Origin: Candidatus Helarchaeota ASGARD archaeon Hel_GB_B
GTDB lineage: Archaea; Asgardarchaeota; Lokiarchaeia; Helarchaeales; HEL-GB-B
DNA: 7,582 bases
Direction of reading: 5' to 3'
Assembly: GCA_005191425.1 (NCBI GenBank)
Contig: SUPR01000132.1
Coordinates: 1 to 7,582, forward strand
Within the stretch, counting starts at the first letter, position 1. Every line of letters starts with the position of its first letter. The position numbers were made by a program, and so were the translations under genes. The notes beneath the pieces were generated by a model. That model saw nothing but the letters and a program-made list of their open reading frames with translations. It was not told the DNA's origin and searched no databases. Of the stretch, positions 6,971 to 7,582 are shown one piece after another.

Positions 6971-7581
6971 TTATCAGCTAATTTTACTGCATCCATTGCA
7001 GTATCACCATATGCATCGGCTCCGACATAATCCACTATACTATTATCAATAGTACCTCCTCCAATCATTATTTTTATGCTATTTCGTAATCCTGATTTAT
7101 TAATTTCCTTAATTATATTTTTCATGGAATCAAATGAAATTGTCAGAAAACCACTTAATGCCAAGATATTTGGTTTAAATTTCTTTATTTTTTCAATAAA
7201 AACGCTAGCAGGAACATCTACTCCTAAATCTAAAACTTCATAACCATTAGTTTCAAGTAAAAATCTTACAATATTTTTTCCAATATCATGGATGTCATCT
7301 TTAACGGTACCTAGTAATATTTTTCCATTCTTTTTTTCTGCTTCAGTCCCTTTTAGTTTTGGACCTAGTATTTCAAATATTTCTCGTAAAATTTCTCCAG
7401 ACATTATTAAATCTGGTAAAAAATACTCGCTTTTTGCAAATAAATCACCAACTTTTTTCATTGCCACTCTAACTTCTTGCATTATTTCCATCGGATTTTC
7501 ATTATTTTTCAAACGTTCTTTTAAAATGTTTAGGACAGATTCTTCGTGCAAATTGACAATTTCCTCTATAAAATCAGCCAA
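6958..7581 (-). CDS. Cobalamin-binding corrinoid protein (MtaC/MtbC/MtoC-like methyl carrier), about 207 aa; start at the window edge and possibly slightly truncated
   Basis: N-terminal helical cap (VG-x2-F-x4-YFLPDLIMSGE), B12 motif D-x-H-x2-G (DDIHDIGKNIV), DLGVDVP, LSGFL and IMIGGG. The first codon is TTG at 7581-7579 with no upstream context available. Confidence 0.93.
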   Translation of the reverse strand: MADFIEEIVNLHEESVLNILKERLKNNENPMEIMQEVRVAMKKVGDLFAKSEYFLPDLIMSGEILREIFEILGPKLKGTEAEKKNGKILLGTVKDDIHDIGKNIVRFLLETNGYEVLDLGVDVPASVFIEKIKKFKPNILALSGFLTISFDSMKNIIKEINKSGLRNSIKIMIGGGTIDNSIVDYVGADAYGDTAMDAVKLADKWMN

Positions 7582-7582
7582 T

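Noticed and set aside
5617-7052. Plus-strand ORFs 5617-5805, 6123-6323, 6524-6817 and 6846-7052
   Set aside because: Antisense shadows of the methyltransferase and corrinoid genes, with no RBS or domain support.
957-7581. Selenocysteine or pyrrolysine recoding in the enzymes
   Set aside because: All five proteins are full family length with no in-frame TGA/TAG interruption.

Overview
This very AT-rich window (roughly 25-30% GC by eye) is a metabolic locus, probably from an anaerobic archaeon. The GGTGA/GAGGT-type RBS, tungsten AOR, corrinoid methyltransferase pair and low GC resemble Asgard/Lokiarchaeia genomes, but this is inference. Left to right: (1) a 152-codon minus-strand ORF that runs off the left edge and is missing from the ORF track; (2) a ~500 bp divergent intergenic region with two palindromes; (3) an FAD-dependent glycerol-3-phosphate dehydrogenase/oxidase (GlpD/GlpA family, + strand); (4) four minus-strand genes in two apparent units, corrinoid protein -> UroD/MtaA-fold methyltransferase and TauE/SafE (TSUP) permease -> aldehyde:ferredoxin oxidoreductase. 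No RNA genes, CRISPR arrays or mobile elements were seen. The best leads are the corrinoid/methyltransferase pair lacking the canonical Zn-thiolate motif (possible O-demethylase), the tightly linked permease-AOR pair, and the unannotated orphan ORF.
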